A stretch of DNA of 64,000 nt from NCBI GenBank assembly GCA_963769885.1, contig CAVYNH010000005.1, positions 119,144 through 183,143 on the forward strand, given 5' to 3'. Under the pieces are notes generated by a model that was not told where the DNA came from, did no database searches, and was given only the letters and a program-made list of their open reading frames with translations. The position numbers and the translations under genes were made by a program. This document shows, one piece after another, positions 40,325 through 49,498 of the stretch (position 1 is the first letter of the stretch; each line of letters starts with the position of its first letter). Origin of the DNA: Methanobacteriota archaeon (GTDB taxonomy: Archaea; Thermoplasmatota; E2; DHVEG-1).

Positions 40325-41179
40325 ATGGAACGCAAGAACATGGAAAGGCTCATCGGAAACTATTGCAAAATCGTAACTAAAGAACCCGGAGACAACCGCG
40401 CCAGCGTCATCACCGGCTATGTCGAGGATGTCGACTACAAAAACGGGTTTATCCTCGTCAACTCAGCCCAAGGACTCGGGTGTCTACGCATCAACACCGT
40501 CGTCGCTATAAAACCTGGGACGATGCGACCGGATAAAAAGAAAATTTTCATCAATTCACAGGCCGAGGTCGGCATCGGCACCCTGATTGTCTTCATCGCC
40601 TTAGTCCTAGTCGCAGCCATTGCTGCGAGCGTTATAATGCAGACTGCAGAAACCCTTCAACAACGGGCGTACGCGGTCGGAAAACAAACTATCCGGGACG
40701 TCTCTAGCGGAATCCGAATCATCGGCGTCACCGGATACACGGACACTAACAAGACCAAGATCGATTACCTTGCCATCGCCATTACTCCCCGCGCCGGATC
40801 CTACGATATCGATCTGAATAAGACCCTCCTCTACCTCCAACTCGACAACTTCACCATCCTTAGCTTGAACCCGAATGCCAAAGCAAGCACGGTCGCGCAA
40901 AGCGGGGTGTTCTCGACCCTGAACCTCTCCTTGCTGAACTCGACGAACTTCGGGGTGATTGCCATCCATGACTCAGATCAATCCATCAACAAAAGCAACG
41001 GCATAAGCACCTCGGATCAGGCAATGCTCATTGTGAACCTCACGGCGGCTCTCCCGATGACCCAGGGACTGAGAGCAGGGGAAATCCTGGAGGGGAAGAT
41101 TGTCCCCGAAGTCGGCGTCAGCGGCGTCTTCGTGCTCAATGCACCCAATGCATTCAAATACCGCGTTCAAGAATTATAA
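40325..41179 (+). CDS. flaB: archaellin with N-terminal Sm/Hfq-like domain (copy 2)
   Basis: Close paralog of 39279-40136 with an 80-aa leader and the same cleavage motif. Confidence 0.88.
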   Translation: MERKNMERLIGNYCKIVTKEPGDNRASVITGYVEDVDYKNGFILVNSAQGLGCLRINTVVAIKPGTMRPDKKKIFINSQAEVGIGTLIVFIALVLVAAIAASVIMQTAETLQQRAYAVGKQTIRDVSSGIRIIGVTGYTDTNKTKIDYLAIAITPRAGSYDIDLNKTLLYLQLDNFTILSLNPNAKASTVAQSGVFSTLNLSLLNSTNFGVIAIHDSDQSINKSNGISTSDQAMLIVNLTAALPMTQGLRAGEILEGKIVPEVGVSGVFVLNAPNAFKYRVQEL

Positions 41180-41223
41180 CCATATCTGGGATTGAAGGAA
41201 CATGTCCTTCTCCCCCCCTTTTT

Positions 41224-42546
41224 TTACGACGTTACTGATTCTACAATAAGCATTTCCGCTTTTTCCCCATTAAAACGAGTAGATTTAATCCGCACATTGA
41301 TAGGAATATGATTGTTTGTTTTTGTGGCAAGAATCGTCGAATACCCATCTATCTTGTCACCCTTGAGACGATCCAGATAATACTTCTCTATTTTACCTAA
41401 GCCGTCGAGTGCGATGAAATCGTACAGACTGTGTTCAAGAAGCTCGTCTCCCGCGTAACCGATGAGTGAATCAAAGCCCGAATTGGTTTGTTTAATGATT
41501 CCTCGTTGCACGACAACGGCGCACTCCTTGATTTCACCCAGCGGTTGAAGATCGTCGATCTTATCAGTCTCGTTCGTCTGACCGAGAAGAACCGAATTGA
41601 TATTTTCGCGAGAAGCTTCCGATTGGGTGCGGCGTCGCTCGATCTCTTCCTCAACTGACTTTAATTTTTCTTTCCATACACAGAATTCATCTAATCGAAG
41701 TTCTAACTGCTGTGCCTTGCTGAGAAGGTACTCCTCTTTTTGATTGAGTTCGAGCTTCCGTTGGTCCAACTGTGCAGTGAAGTCAACGAGTTGTTTTTTC
41801 TTGGAGTGAATTCCAAATAGATTTCGTAGAGAAAATGCGCCTGGTTTCAAGAGCCGCTTTTGTTGCGTTGGAACTATCCGAAGCTGCGTGATGCCCTTAG
41901 AGATACTCTGCAGCTCGGCGGATAGCTGCGCAAGCATGGTGTAGGTAGAATTCGTTGTGGTAGTGAGAGTTTGCAGGAGATCGCCAAGCGAGGAGATCTT
42001 CTCACTGAGGTCATGGAGGTCCAATAGAATTGCTTCTAACGTCTTGGCTGATCCCTGGAGTTCGTTGGGCTGCTTTAGAATCTGATCCGGAGCGAAAATC
42101 GGATCGCCCTGAACGTGCTCAACCAGCTCGGAGTGAGCTTGGGTTTCAGAGGCATGTCCAGGTTGGGGAGTTTCAGAGGAGGACGATGGTTTCTGAGCCT
42201 CGCCTATAAGACAAACGCTTAGGAACCCATCAGCTGCGTCAGGGACTACGAACCCATTCCACACGACAGGGATTTGGCGGTTTGATTTCGTCTGAAGCGG
42301 TAGGGTAAACGAAGTAATATGTAATAACTCCTGCATATGAGAAAAGATTGTGGCCCAGTCTTCGCGAACATCTGCGGGGAGGATCTGGGTGAAGTCATGG
42401 TTTATGACGTCAATCCGTGAAAAACCTGTGAGATGTTCACACTCAGGGTTGAATTGAATCACGGATCCGTCTCGGGCGAGGCTGAGAATTAACTTTGCTT
42501 CCTCGTACGAACTCTGAGGTTGCCCTGCGATTCGGTCGGACACCAT
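41224..42546 (-). CDS. PAS/coiled-coil/PAS protein
   Basis: N-terminal LARDGSVIQFNPECEHLTGFS and C-terminal VVQRGIIKQTNSGFDSLIGY PAS patterns flank a coiled coil. Confidence 0.8.
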   Translation of the reverse strand: MVSDRIAGQPQSSYEEAKLILSLARDGSVIQFNPECEHLTGFSRIDVINHDFTQILPADVREDWATIFSHMQELLHITSFTLPLQTKSNRQIPVVWNGFVVPDAADGFLSVCLIGEAQKPSSSSETPQPGHASETQAHSELVEHVQGDPIFAPDQILKQPNELQGSAKTLEAILLDLHDLSEKISSLGDLLQTLTTTTNSTYTMLAQLSAELQSISKGITQLRIVPTQQKRLLKPGAFSLRNLFGIHSKKKQLVDFTAQLDQRKLELNQKEEYLLSKAQQLELRLDEFCVWKEKLKSVEEEIERRRTQSEASRENINSVLLGQTNETDKIDDLQPLGEIKECAVVVQRGIIKQTNSGFDSLIGYAGDELLEHSLYDFIALDGLGKIEKYYLDRLKGDKIDGYSTILATKTNNHIPINVRIKSTRFNGEKAEMLIVESVTS

Positions 42547-42813
42547 CTCTTCATCCAGAATGACCCAAGGTCTTCGCGGTACTATCTCGTACGGATTTTA
42601 AAAGGTTTTGTCTATAACTAAATTGCGCCTATTCAGTTTTATTCATGGGCGCTGCTTTTTGCAGACCATAGAAGTTCATCTACATTTTTCAAATATATCG
42701 AGAGACATAAAAGTATAAATATACGATTTCGGTTGATATGAGTGGGATCACCCAACAGGTTGGAATATGGAGGGGTACGCATAAAGTTAAAACTTGGGAA
42801 AGATGAGCCAGTG

Positions 42814-43641
42814 ATGTCTCAAGATACGACGACATCTGGTAAACCTCCCAAACCGCCCAGCCTCCCAAAACAAGAAGGAGAAAAACCGGAGAACGTCGAT
42901 AACCTCAGGAAAATTATCAAGTTTGATACCGCCCAGCCCGCCTCCGAGACTCAAAAAAAATCAGAACCCCCTATCCCCAAAGAAACACAAATAAAGGAAC
43001 AGCCGTCCCCACAAAAACCGGATTCCGCAGCGGTTCTCTCCGAGAGGGCACCTTCAGCTGAAGCTTCGCACGAAGATCTCGAGCAACGACGGGCCATGCT
43101 TCAGAATATGAAGGACTTTGATTTTCAGATTAAAAAAAACAAAGAAGATATCGTCAAAGTCATCGATAAAGTAGATGGCCTTTCCAAAGATCTCGACGAT
43201 TTGGTGAGCCTCTACGAAATCGTTTCTGAACAGATGAACCCGTTCGTAGGACTATCGAAGGTTACCAAAAAACGCCTCGACGCCCTGGAAAACATCACGG
43301 CAGATGTCGACACCTTAAAAACTAAGATTGGGGAAATTGAATCTCTCGTAGAAAACTGCGTATCAACTTCGGCCACGCTTCCAAAGGTAGAGCCGCTCAA
43401 GCCTCTAGAGAAGAAAACAGCCACCACCGCGGGGGAGCAACAGATGACCCAATTCCCGAATATGACGCCCGCAACCCCAAGCATCAATACCACCATACAA
43501 GCCACAAACTCAAATCAACCCCTGGCGACGTACCTTCCGGATGCAGAATTGGACAACCTATTGTCAAAAGCCCTGGAATCCTATTTATTCGAACAAAAAA
43601 TCGATACCCTGATAGATGAATTCTTCCGAAATATAAAATAA
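42814..43641 (+). CDS. flaC: archaellum accessory protein ArlC/FlaC-like
   Basis: Coiled coil ending LVSLYEIVSEQMNPFVG; first gene of the arl core; start uncertain. Confidence 0.78.
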   Translation: MSQDTTTSGKPPKPPSLPKQEGEKPENVDNLRKIIKFDTAQPASETQKKSEPPIPKETQIKEQPSPQKPDSAAVLSERAPSAEASHEDLEQRRAMLQNMKDFDFQIKKNKEDIVKVIDKVDGLSKDLDDLVSLYEIVSEQMNPFVGLSKVTKKRLDALENITADVDTLKTKIGEIESLVENCVSTSATLPKVEPLKPLEKKTATTAGEQQMTQFPNMTPATPSINTTIQATNSNQPLATYLPDAELDNLLSKALESYLFEQKIDTLIDEFFRNIK

Positions 43642-43676
43642 GAAATACCTTATACAGAGTGAGGAGAGAGCCAGGA

Positions 43677-44492
43677 ATGGTTGAAGCAACAGAAAACCAA
43701 AACGCTGAGCAGCCTCTCGACGAGACCGCACTTCAAACAGAGCTTGCTGTTCTCGTCGAACGCAATCAGCTCCCTCAACGAATCGCCCAGAGGATTAGCG
43801 AGAAGTTAAAGAAGAACCATCTCGCCCTCACCCGTGAACAACTCTCCCTTCTCGTCGAACGCATCCAAACCGCGCTCCGCTCTCTTCAACAACCTCATGA
43901 CGTCGAAGACGAAAAAAACCAAGTTAAGACCAAGCCAAACCAGATCCCTGCCGCTGAAGACATGAAACATCTCTACGACGAGGTCGCCGACCTCAAAGAC
44001 CGCCTCCAAGTCATTGAACTCAACTCCCTCGAAGGAATCCGAGGGACAGCCGGACGACTCGTGAAAACACGGGAGATTCAGAATCAATCCCACATCGAAG
44101 TAGGGCAGGACGCCCTCCAGTCTCTTGAGGCAATTCCCAACGACCCAGAAAGCATCGTCATCGTCATGAAATGGCTCTCCTTCATGGTCGAACGAATCGG
44201 GAAGCACGGCCTCCCTGACGTCCTCGGGTACTACGTAGACATTGGATGGATCTCCGACGACGTTCGCCTTGACTTGATAAACTATTCCAAGGGCATTATC
44301 GAGGACCTGAGCCACTCAGACAACCAGAGGGAGACCGCTTATCTTCCGACGAAAGACCACCTCCAGTCGCTCCTCTTCATCCAGAAACTCAAAGGAATTC
44401 ATCTCGACGAACGATTCCTCAACAGGATTGACAGAGAAATGGAGAAGATGACCAAGAGCCTGGAAAACACGCCAACCAAACCCCCACTTTAA
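43677..44492 (+). CDS. flaD: archaellum protein ArlD/E
   Basis: WLSFMVER.G...LGYYVDIGWIS...DHLQSLLFIQKL. Confidence 0.88.
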   Translation: MVEATENQNAEQPLDETALQTELAVLVERNQLPQRIAQRISEKLKKNHLALTREQLSLLVERIQTALRSLQQPHDVEDEKNQVKTKPNQIPAAEDMKHLYDEVADLKDRLQVIELNSLEGIRGTAGRLVKTREIQNQSHIEVGQDALQSLEAIPNDPESIVIVMKWLSFMVERIGKHGLPDVLGYYVDIGWISDDVRLDLINYSKGIIEDLSHSDNQRETAYLPTKDHLQSLLFIQKLKGIHLDERFLNRIDREMEKMTKSLENTPTKPPL

Positions 44493-44581
44493 GGGAATAA
44501 CTTTATCTATTTTATTTTGTATTACACCTACGGAAAAGGGAATCAAGGGTTGCACACTCTACAATTAGGAGGGTAAAGGAC

Positions 44582-45007
44582 ATGGGATTCTCACTGATAG
44601 CATCAGCCGTGGTTCTCAGCATTGCCATCGCGATGGCTATCGAGATCTTCACGGGAGACATCTTTCCGACAATTGATCGCATCAACACAGCCTATGAAGG
44701 CCTTAAAGGACGAATCGATACCCAGGCTCATGCTAATATCAATATCACCTCGATTTCCCGCGTATCCTATGGGTTGAACTACAACTATACTATCACAGTT
44801 CACAATACTGGTAGTGTGACGCTGCCGACAGCGACTGCAACAATCCTGTTCAACGGAACCAAAGAACCGTTCAACGCCTCTGCACCTTACCTCTATCCTG
44901 ACGCAACCGTGACATTCTCTATTATCGGAATACCAGATATGAGTGGGAAACGAGTCAAAGTGATAACAGAAAACGCAATCGCCGACTATCGCACATTTAC
45001 TCCTTGA
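44582..45007 (+). CDS. flaF: archaellum stator protein ArlF
   Basis: MGFS plus TM helix, V.NTGS..L, LYP, RVKVITEN; gene order. Confidence 0.8.
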   Translation: MGFSLIASAVVLSIAIAMAIEIFTGDIFPTIDRINTAYEGLKGRIDTQAHANINITSISRVSYGLNYNYTITVHNTGSVTLPTATATILFNGTKEPFNASAPYLYPDATVTFSIIGIPDMSGKRVKVITENAIADYRTFTP

Positions 45008-45019
45008 GAGGAAAGAACC

Positions 45020-45460
45020 ATGGGATTTAGCCTAACAGGAGCACATGTCATCTTTTTCATCGCTGCTGTTATCGCCGCAGGCGCTGTTTCAGGAATTCTT
45101 ATCGCAGTAACCACAAACATCAGCTCAAGCCTCTCCGAGCGAGGCAGCCGCGTTGTCGAACAGCTAGACACGGAGTTCGCTGTAATAAACGATCCAAACA
45201 CCATCCCTATCCAGGGTGACTACTACGTATTCTATCTTAAAAATATCGGGGCAAAAAAATTTGAGACCACAAACGACACCTTCACGGTGTTCATCGACGG
45301 CAATATCCTCACAAAACAGGACTTCTATTTCACTAATTCGACCCTCTCCCCAGACGCCGTCACGGAACTCTACGCACACACTACACTCTCTACCGGAGAT
45401 CACACCCTTCGTATCGTCGGCCTCCTCGCCACCGAGGATGAATTCCACTTTCAAATCTGA
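45020..45460 (+). CDS. flaG: archaellum stator protein ArlG
   Basis: HVIFFIAAVIAAG, INDP, YLKNIG, VFIDG; gene order. Confidence 0.85.
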   Translation: MGFSLTGAHVIFFIAAVIAAGAVSGILIAVTTNISSSLSERGSRVVEQLDTEFAVINDPNTIPIQGDYYVFYLKNIGAKKFETTNDTFTVFIDGNILTKQDFYFTNSTLSPDAVTELYAHTTLSTGDHTLRIVGLLATEDEFHFQI

Positions 45461-45471
45461 GATGAACCACC

Positions 45472-46185
45472 ATGCAAGGCTTTAAATCAATCATCCTTGA
45501 ACGAAAAGGAGAAAACGACGGGTTTGCAGACCGATTCGGAAAGATCATCCCAGACGGATCACTCATCTTCATCGAAGGAAAAGAAGGCACTGGGAAAAGC
45601 ATCTTCTGCCAGCGATTCTGCTTCAGCCTCCTGAAAAACGAAAACACCTGTTCCTACGTCTCCACCCAATTCACGATCAAAAGCTTCCTCCGCCAAACCG
45701 CATCCGTTGGCTACGATGTCCGAAAATATCTCATGACCGGGAAATTCTTCTTCATCTCCACCGAAGTCACCCTCGCTGAAACCCTCCCACGACAGACATT
45801 CCTGGAAGGACTAATCACCTGCCGCAAGCTTTTCGAGCCAGACATCATCTTCATCGATTCCCTCTCCACCCTCCTCAAAGACAGCCTTAACTCCCAAAAT
45901 CTCACGGAATTGACCAGTTTCTTCAATCGTCTTACCGGCTCAGGGAAAATCATCTTTTGCACTGCAAACCCGCTCGAATGGACTGAAGAAATTCACAACA
46001 CCTTCCGGATGATTACCAACATTCATTTTCGAACATCTCGAGAAACTGCTCCAGGGATCGGGATTGTATACAACATCTATTTAGAGAAGTTCAACGGGGC
46101 TCGCTTTAAGTACGAGCCAGTAACTCGATTCTCCGTCCGCCCGGGAGTCGGACTGACCATTGAATCCAGTGGCGTCGCATTCTAG
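45472..46185 (+). CDS. flaH: archaellum KaiC-like ATP-binding protein ArlH
   Basis: G..GTGKS..CQRF, IDSLS, F.VRPGVGL.IE. Confidence 0.9.
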   Translation: MQGFKSIILERKGENDGFADRFGKIIPDGSLIFIEGKEGTGKSIFCQRFCFSLLKNENTCSYVSTQFTIKSFLRQTASVGYDVRKYLMTGKFFFISTEVTLAETLPRQTFLEGLITCRKLFEPDIIFIDSLSTLLKDSLNSQNLTELTSFFNRLTGSGKIIFCTANPLEWTEEIHNTFRMITNIHFRTSRETAPGIGIVYNIYLEKFNGARFKYEPVTRFSVRPGVGLTIESSGVAF

Positions 46186-46211
46186 CATGGGAGGGGAAGA
46201 CCATCACCAAG

Positions 46212-47831
46212 ATGGACCCAACTGAAGAAAAAAAAATTATCATGGAAAACCCCCACCTCCAACGATACCTGGAGGAAGTGCAGCAGAAGATGGGGCGACC
46301 TGAGTTCTATAGCAAACTCCCACGAGACCTCCGCGACCAAAAATATCCAAATGTTGTCTATCCTACAAAAGGTTCCGTGTTTATCCACATCTTCCGCACC
46401 AAGGATATGGAAGGTAAAGAATACCATGCCATTGAACCCCTACTCAGCGAAGCACAAAAAATGAAACGAGACCAGATTCTCGAAATAATCTACGAGAAAG
46501 CACCCTTCCACGATCCTGTAAAAACCGATAACGAAGTCAAACAAGCCATCAAAAACCTACTCAATGAAATCACCATTTCTGACGAGCACGCATCACCCAC
46601 TGATAAAATCAAGCACGGAAAGATCCATGTGACGCATGCAGAAAAAATGGCGATCGAATACGACATCACGAAAAATATCATCGGCGGGGGACCTCTCGAG
46701 CCGTTCATGAGAGATCCATATCTAGAAGATATCCACATTATCACCGGGGAAAACGTCCATCTCATCCACAAGGTCTTTGAAATGATCAAGACCAACATCC
46801 ATATCGACCAGGCTTGGGCGAGCACATTTTCCCAAGAGTTCAGTGAAAAAATCGGCAGCCCCGTTAGCGAAGGTCAGCCGATTGCAGACGGAACCCTACC
46901 AGACGGAAGCCGCGTCAATATCATCCATAGCAAGGACGTCAGCTTGAAAGGTCCGACCATGACGATCCGTAAGTTCAGCGAGACCCCGATCAGCGTCACG
47001 CAGCTCATAAACTGGGGGACGTTCGATATCGGCGTCGGAGCATACCTCTGGCTCTGCCTCCAATATGGACGGAGTCTCTTCGTCTGCGGAGAGACTGCAT
47101 CGGGGAAAACTACGACCGCGAATGCTATTATCCCTTTCATCCCTCCAGAAAAAAAGATTTTTTCTGTAGAAAACACCCCGGAAGTCCAAGTTCCGCATGC
47201 GGTCTGGCAGCAGCTCCTGACTAAATCGACGGGGCCAAAGGAAGGCCATATCGAGCTTGAGGATCTTCTCCGTGCGGGACTACGATCGAGACCTGATTAC
47301 ATCATTCCGGGAGAGACCAGAGGCATTGAGGGCCGTGTCGTGTTCCAAGCAATGCAAACAGGTCATCCAGTGATTACGACGTTTCATGCGGGGAGCGTGA
47401 CCAAAGTCATCCAACGATTCACGGGTCATCCTATTAACATCCCGAAGCCGTTCATGGACAACCTCGACATCGTCCTTATCCAGATGGCGGTCGAACGCAA
47501 AGGGAAACGAATTCGCCGCGTGCTCTCGGTGGACGAAATCGAGGGGTACAACAAGGAAGTCGACGGGATCATGTCTCGAAAAGCTTTTGAGTGGAACCCT
47601 GTCGACGACACACATGTCTTCAAGGCGAACCGGAACAGTTACATCCTAGAGTCCCGCATCGCGAAGATGGCAGGCCTCACGGATCCGATGATGATTTATG
47701 AAGAATATGATAAACGCAAGCATATACTCGAGCGTATGATTCAGGAGAAAATTTTTGATTATTACGAAGTAGTCCAGTTCATCTGGACGTATTATCGAGA
47801 AGGGGAAAAGGGATTGCCGATTTCTATATAG
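46212..47831 (+). CDS. flaI: archaellum ATPase ArlI (copy 1)
   Basis: NPHL..Y, YP....FIHI, GETASGKTT, LRSRPDYII.GE.RG, FQAMQTGH..TTFHA. Confidence 0.93.
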   Translation: MDPTEEKKIIMENPHLQRYLEEVQQKMGRPEFYSKLPRDLRDQKYPNVVYPTKGSVFIHIFRTKDMEGKEYHAIEPLLSEAQKMKRDQILEIIYEKAPFHDPVKTDNEVKQAIKNLLNEITISDEHASPTDKIKHGKIHVTHAEKMAIEYDITKNIIGGGPLEPFMRDPYLEDIHIITGENVHLIHKVFEMIKTNIHIDQAWASTFSQEFSEKIGSPVSEGQPIADGTLPDGSRVNIIHSKDVSLKGPTMTIRKFSETPISVTQLINWGTFDIGVGAYLWLCLQYGRSLFVCGETASGKTTTANAIIPFIPPEKKIFSVENTPEVQVPHAVWQQLLTKSTGPKEGHIELEDLLRAGLRSRPDYIIPGETRGIEGRVVFQAMQTGHPVITTFHAGSVTKVIQRFTGHPINIPKPFMDNLDIVLIQMAVERKGKRIRRVLSVDEIEGYNKEVDGIMSRKAFEWNPVDDTHVFKANRNSYILESRIAKMAGLTDPMMIYEEYDKRKHILERMIQEKIFDYYEVVQFIWTYYREGEKGLPISI

Positions 47832-47857
47832 GAGGTGAAAACACGGACAAGGGAACA

Positions 47858-49489
47858 ATGTCTCCAGAGAATCAGCAGCAACTTATCAAGGATAATCCTC
47901 ACCTCCAAACATATCTCGATAGTATCAAGGATACAATTGGGGAACCTGTGTTTTATAACCAAGTACCGCGTGAAGTACGCGATGAACTCTATCCGAACTT
48001 CGTCTATCCGACCAAAGGTGTTGTCTTTATCCATATCTATCGGACCCAGGATATGGACGAACCAGAATACCATGTTGTCGAACCAAACCTCGATGATAAT
48101 ACCTCGGCAAAAAAGGATTTTATTCTGAAAAAAATCATCCAGAAAGCGCCGACGAAAAAAAGCGTTATTTCGGACAACGAACTCCGAGACGTACTCAAAG
48201 AAATTATTGACGAAAGCAGCGTCCTTGACGAATATGCCATAAGCGTAGTGAAACAAAAAAAAGGTAAGCTCCCTGAAAAAGTACGAATGACGAGTTATCA
48301 AAAGGACGTCATTCAGTACTACATCATTAAGAACATCGTCGGCGGCGGTCCACTTGAGGCATTCATGCGAGATCCTTACCTTGAGGACATCCATTTCGTC
48401 GCAGGAAAAAAAATCCATCTTTTCCATAAGATTTATGGAATGATCAAAACCAATATCGTTGTAAATGAGAAGGAAGCGCCGATTCTCACCCGCGCAATTA
48501 GCGAGAAAATGGGAGCTCCGGTCAGTGAAGGTCGACCGATTGTCGACGGTGTCCTCCCAGACGGTAGTCGCGGGAATATCATCTACAGTTCCGCAGTCAG
48601 CATTAAAGGGCCAAGCATGACCATCAGACGTTTTACAGAGACACCCATTAGCATCACTCAACTCATCAAATGGGGAACATTGAATGCCAGCGTTGCTGCC
48701 TATCTATGGTTGTGCCTGCAATACGGGAGAAGCTTTTTCCTCTGCGGTGGTACTGCTTGCGGGAAAACCACGACGATGAACGCAATTATACCCTTTATCC
48801 CTCCTGAAAAAAAGATCTATACCGCGGAGGGTACGCCTGAACTCCAAGTCCCTCATACGGTCTGGCAGCGGCTTCTGACGAAAACTACAGGGCCAAAGGA
48901 AGGCCAAGTGGATCTTTTCGATTTATTGAAGGCTGCATTGCGGTCACGGCCCGACTATATTATCCCTGGCGAGGTCCGTGGTGCGGAAGGAAACATCGTA
49001 TTCCAGGCGATGCAAACTGGGCATCCTTGCATGACAACGTTTCATGCAGGAAGCGTAACCCAGGTCATTCAGCGGTTCACCGGCGATCCCATTAACGTTC
49101 CGAAGACATTCATGGACAACCTTGATTTTGTACTTATCCAACTGGCTATTGAGCGCGGTGGGAAGCTCATCCGACGGTTGACCTCTCTGGATGAAATCGA
49201 GGGATACAACCGGGAAGTAGATGGAATTATGGCACGCACCGCCTTCACCTGGAAGGCCGATGAAGATATTCATCAATTCAAAGCGAACCGTAATAGTTTC
49301 ATTCTTGAGGAAAAGATAGCCAAGAATGCGGGATATGCTGATAAGACGGAGATTTACACAGAGCATGAACGGCGCAAACACATCCTGGAACGAATGGTCG
49401 AGGAAGATATTATGGATTATTACGAGGTAGTGCAGTGCGTTTGGGGTTTCTATCGAGAAGGCGAAAAGGGACTGCCCATAACCGTATAG
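47858..49489 (+). CDS. flaI: archaellum ATPase ArlI (copy 2)
   Basis: Full-length paralog with GGTACGKTT, LRSRPDYIIPGEVRG, FQAMQTGH. Confidence 0.92.
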   Translation: MSPENQQQLIKDNPHLQTYLDSIKDTIGEPVFYNQVPREVRDELYPNFVYPTKGVVFIHIYRTQDMDEPEYHVVEPNLDDNTSAKKDFILKKIIQKAPTKKSVISDNELRDVLKEIIDESSVLDEYAISVVKQKKGKLPEKVRMTSYQKDVIQYYIIKNIVGGGPLEAFMRDPYLEDIHFVAGKKIHLFHKIYGMIKTNIVVNEKEAPILTRAISEKMGAPVSEGRPIVDGVLPDGSRGNIIYSSAVSIKGPSMTIRRFTETPISITQLIKWGTLNASVAAYLWLCLQYGRSFFLCGGTACGKTTTMNAIIPFIPPEKKIYTAEGTPELQVPHTVWQRLLTKTTGPKEGQVDLFDLLKAALRSRPDYIIPGEVRGAEGNIVFQAMQTGHPCMTTFHAGSVTQVIQRFTGDPINVPKTFMDNLDFVLIQLAIERGGKLIRRLTSLDEIEGYNREVDGIMARTAFTWKADEDIHQFKANRNSFILEEKIAKNAGYADKTEIYTEHERRKHILERMVEEDIMDYYEVVQCVWGFYREGEKGLPITV

Positions 49490-49498
49490 GTTAGACGA

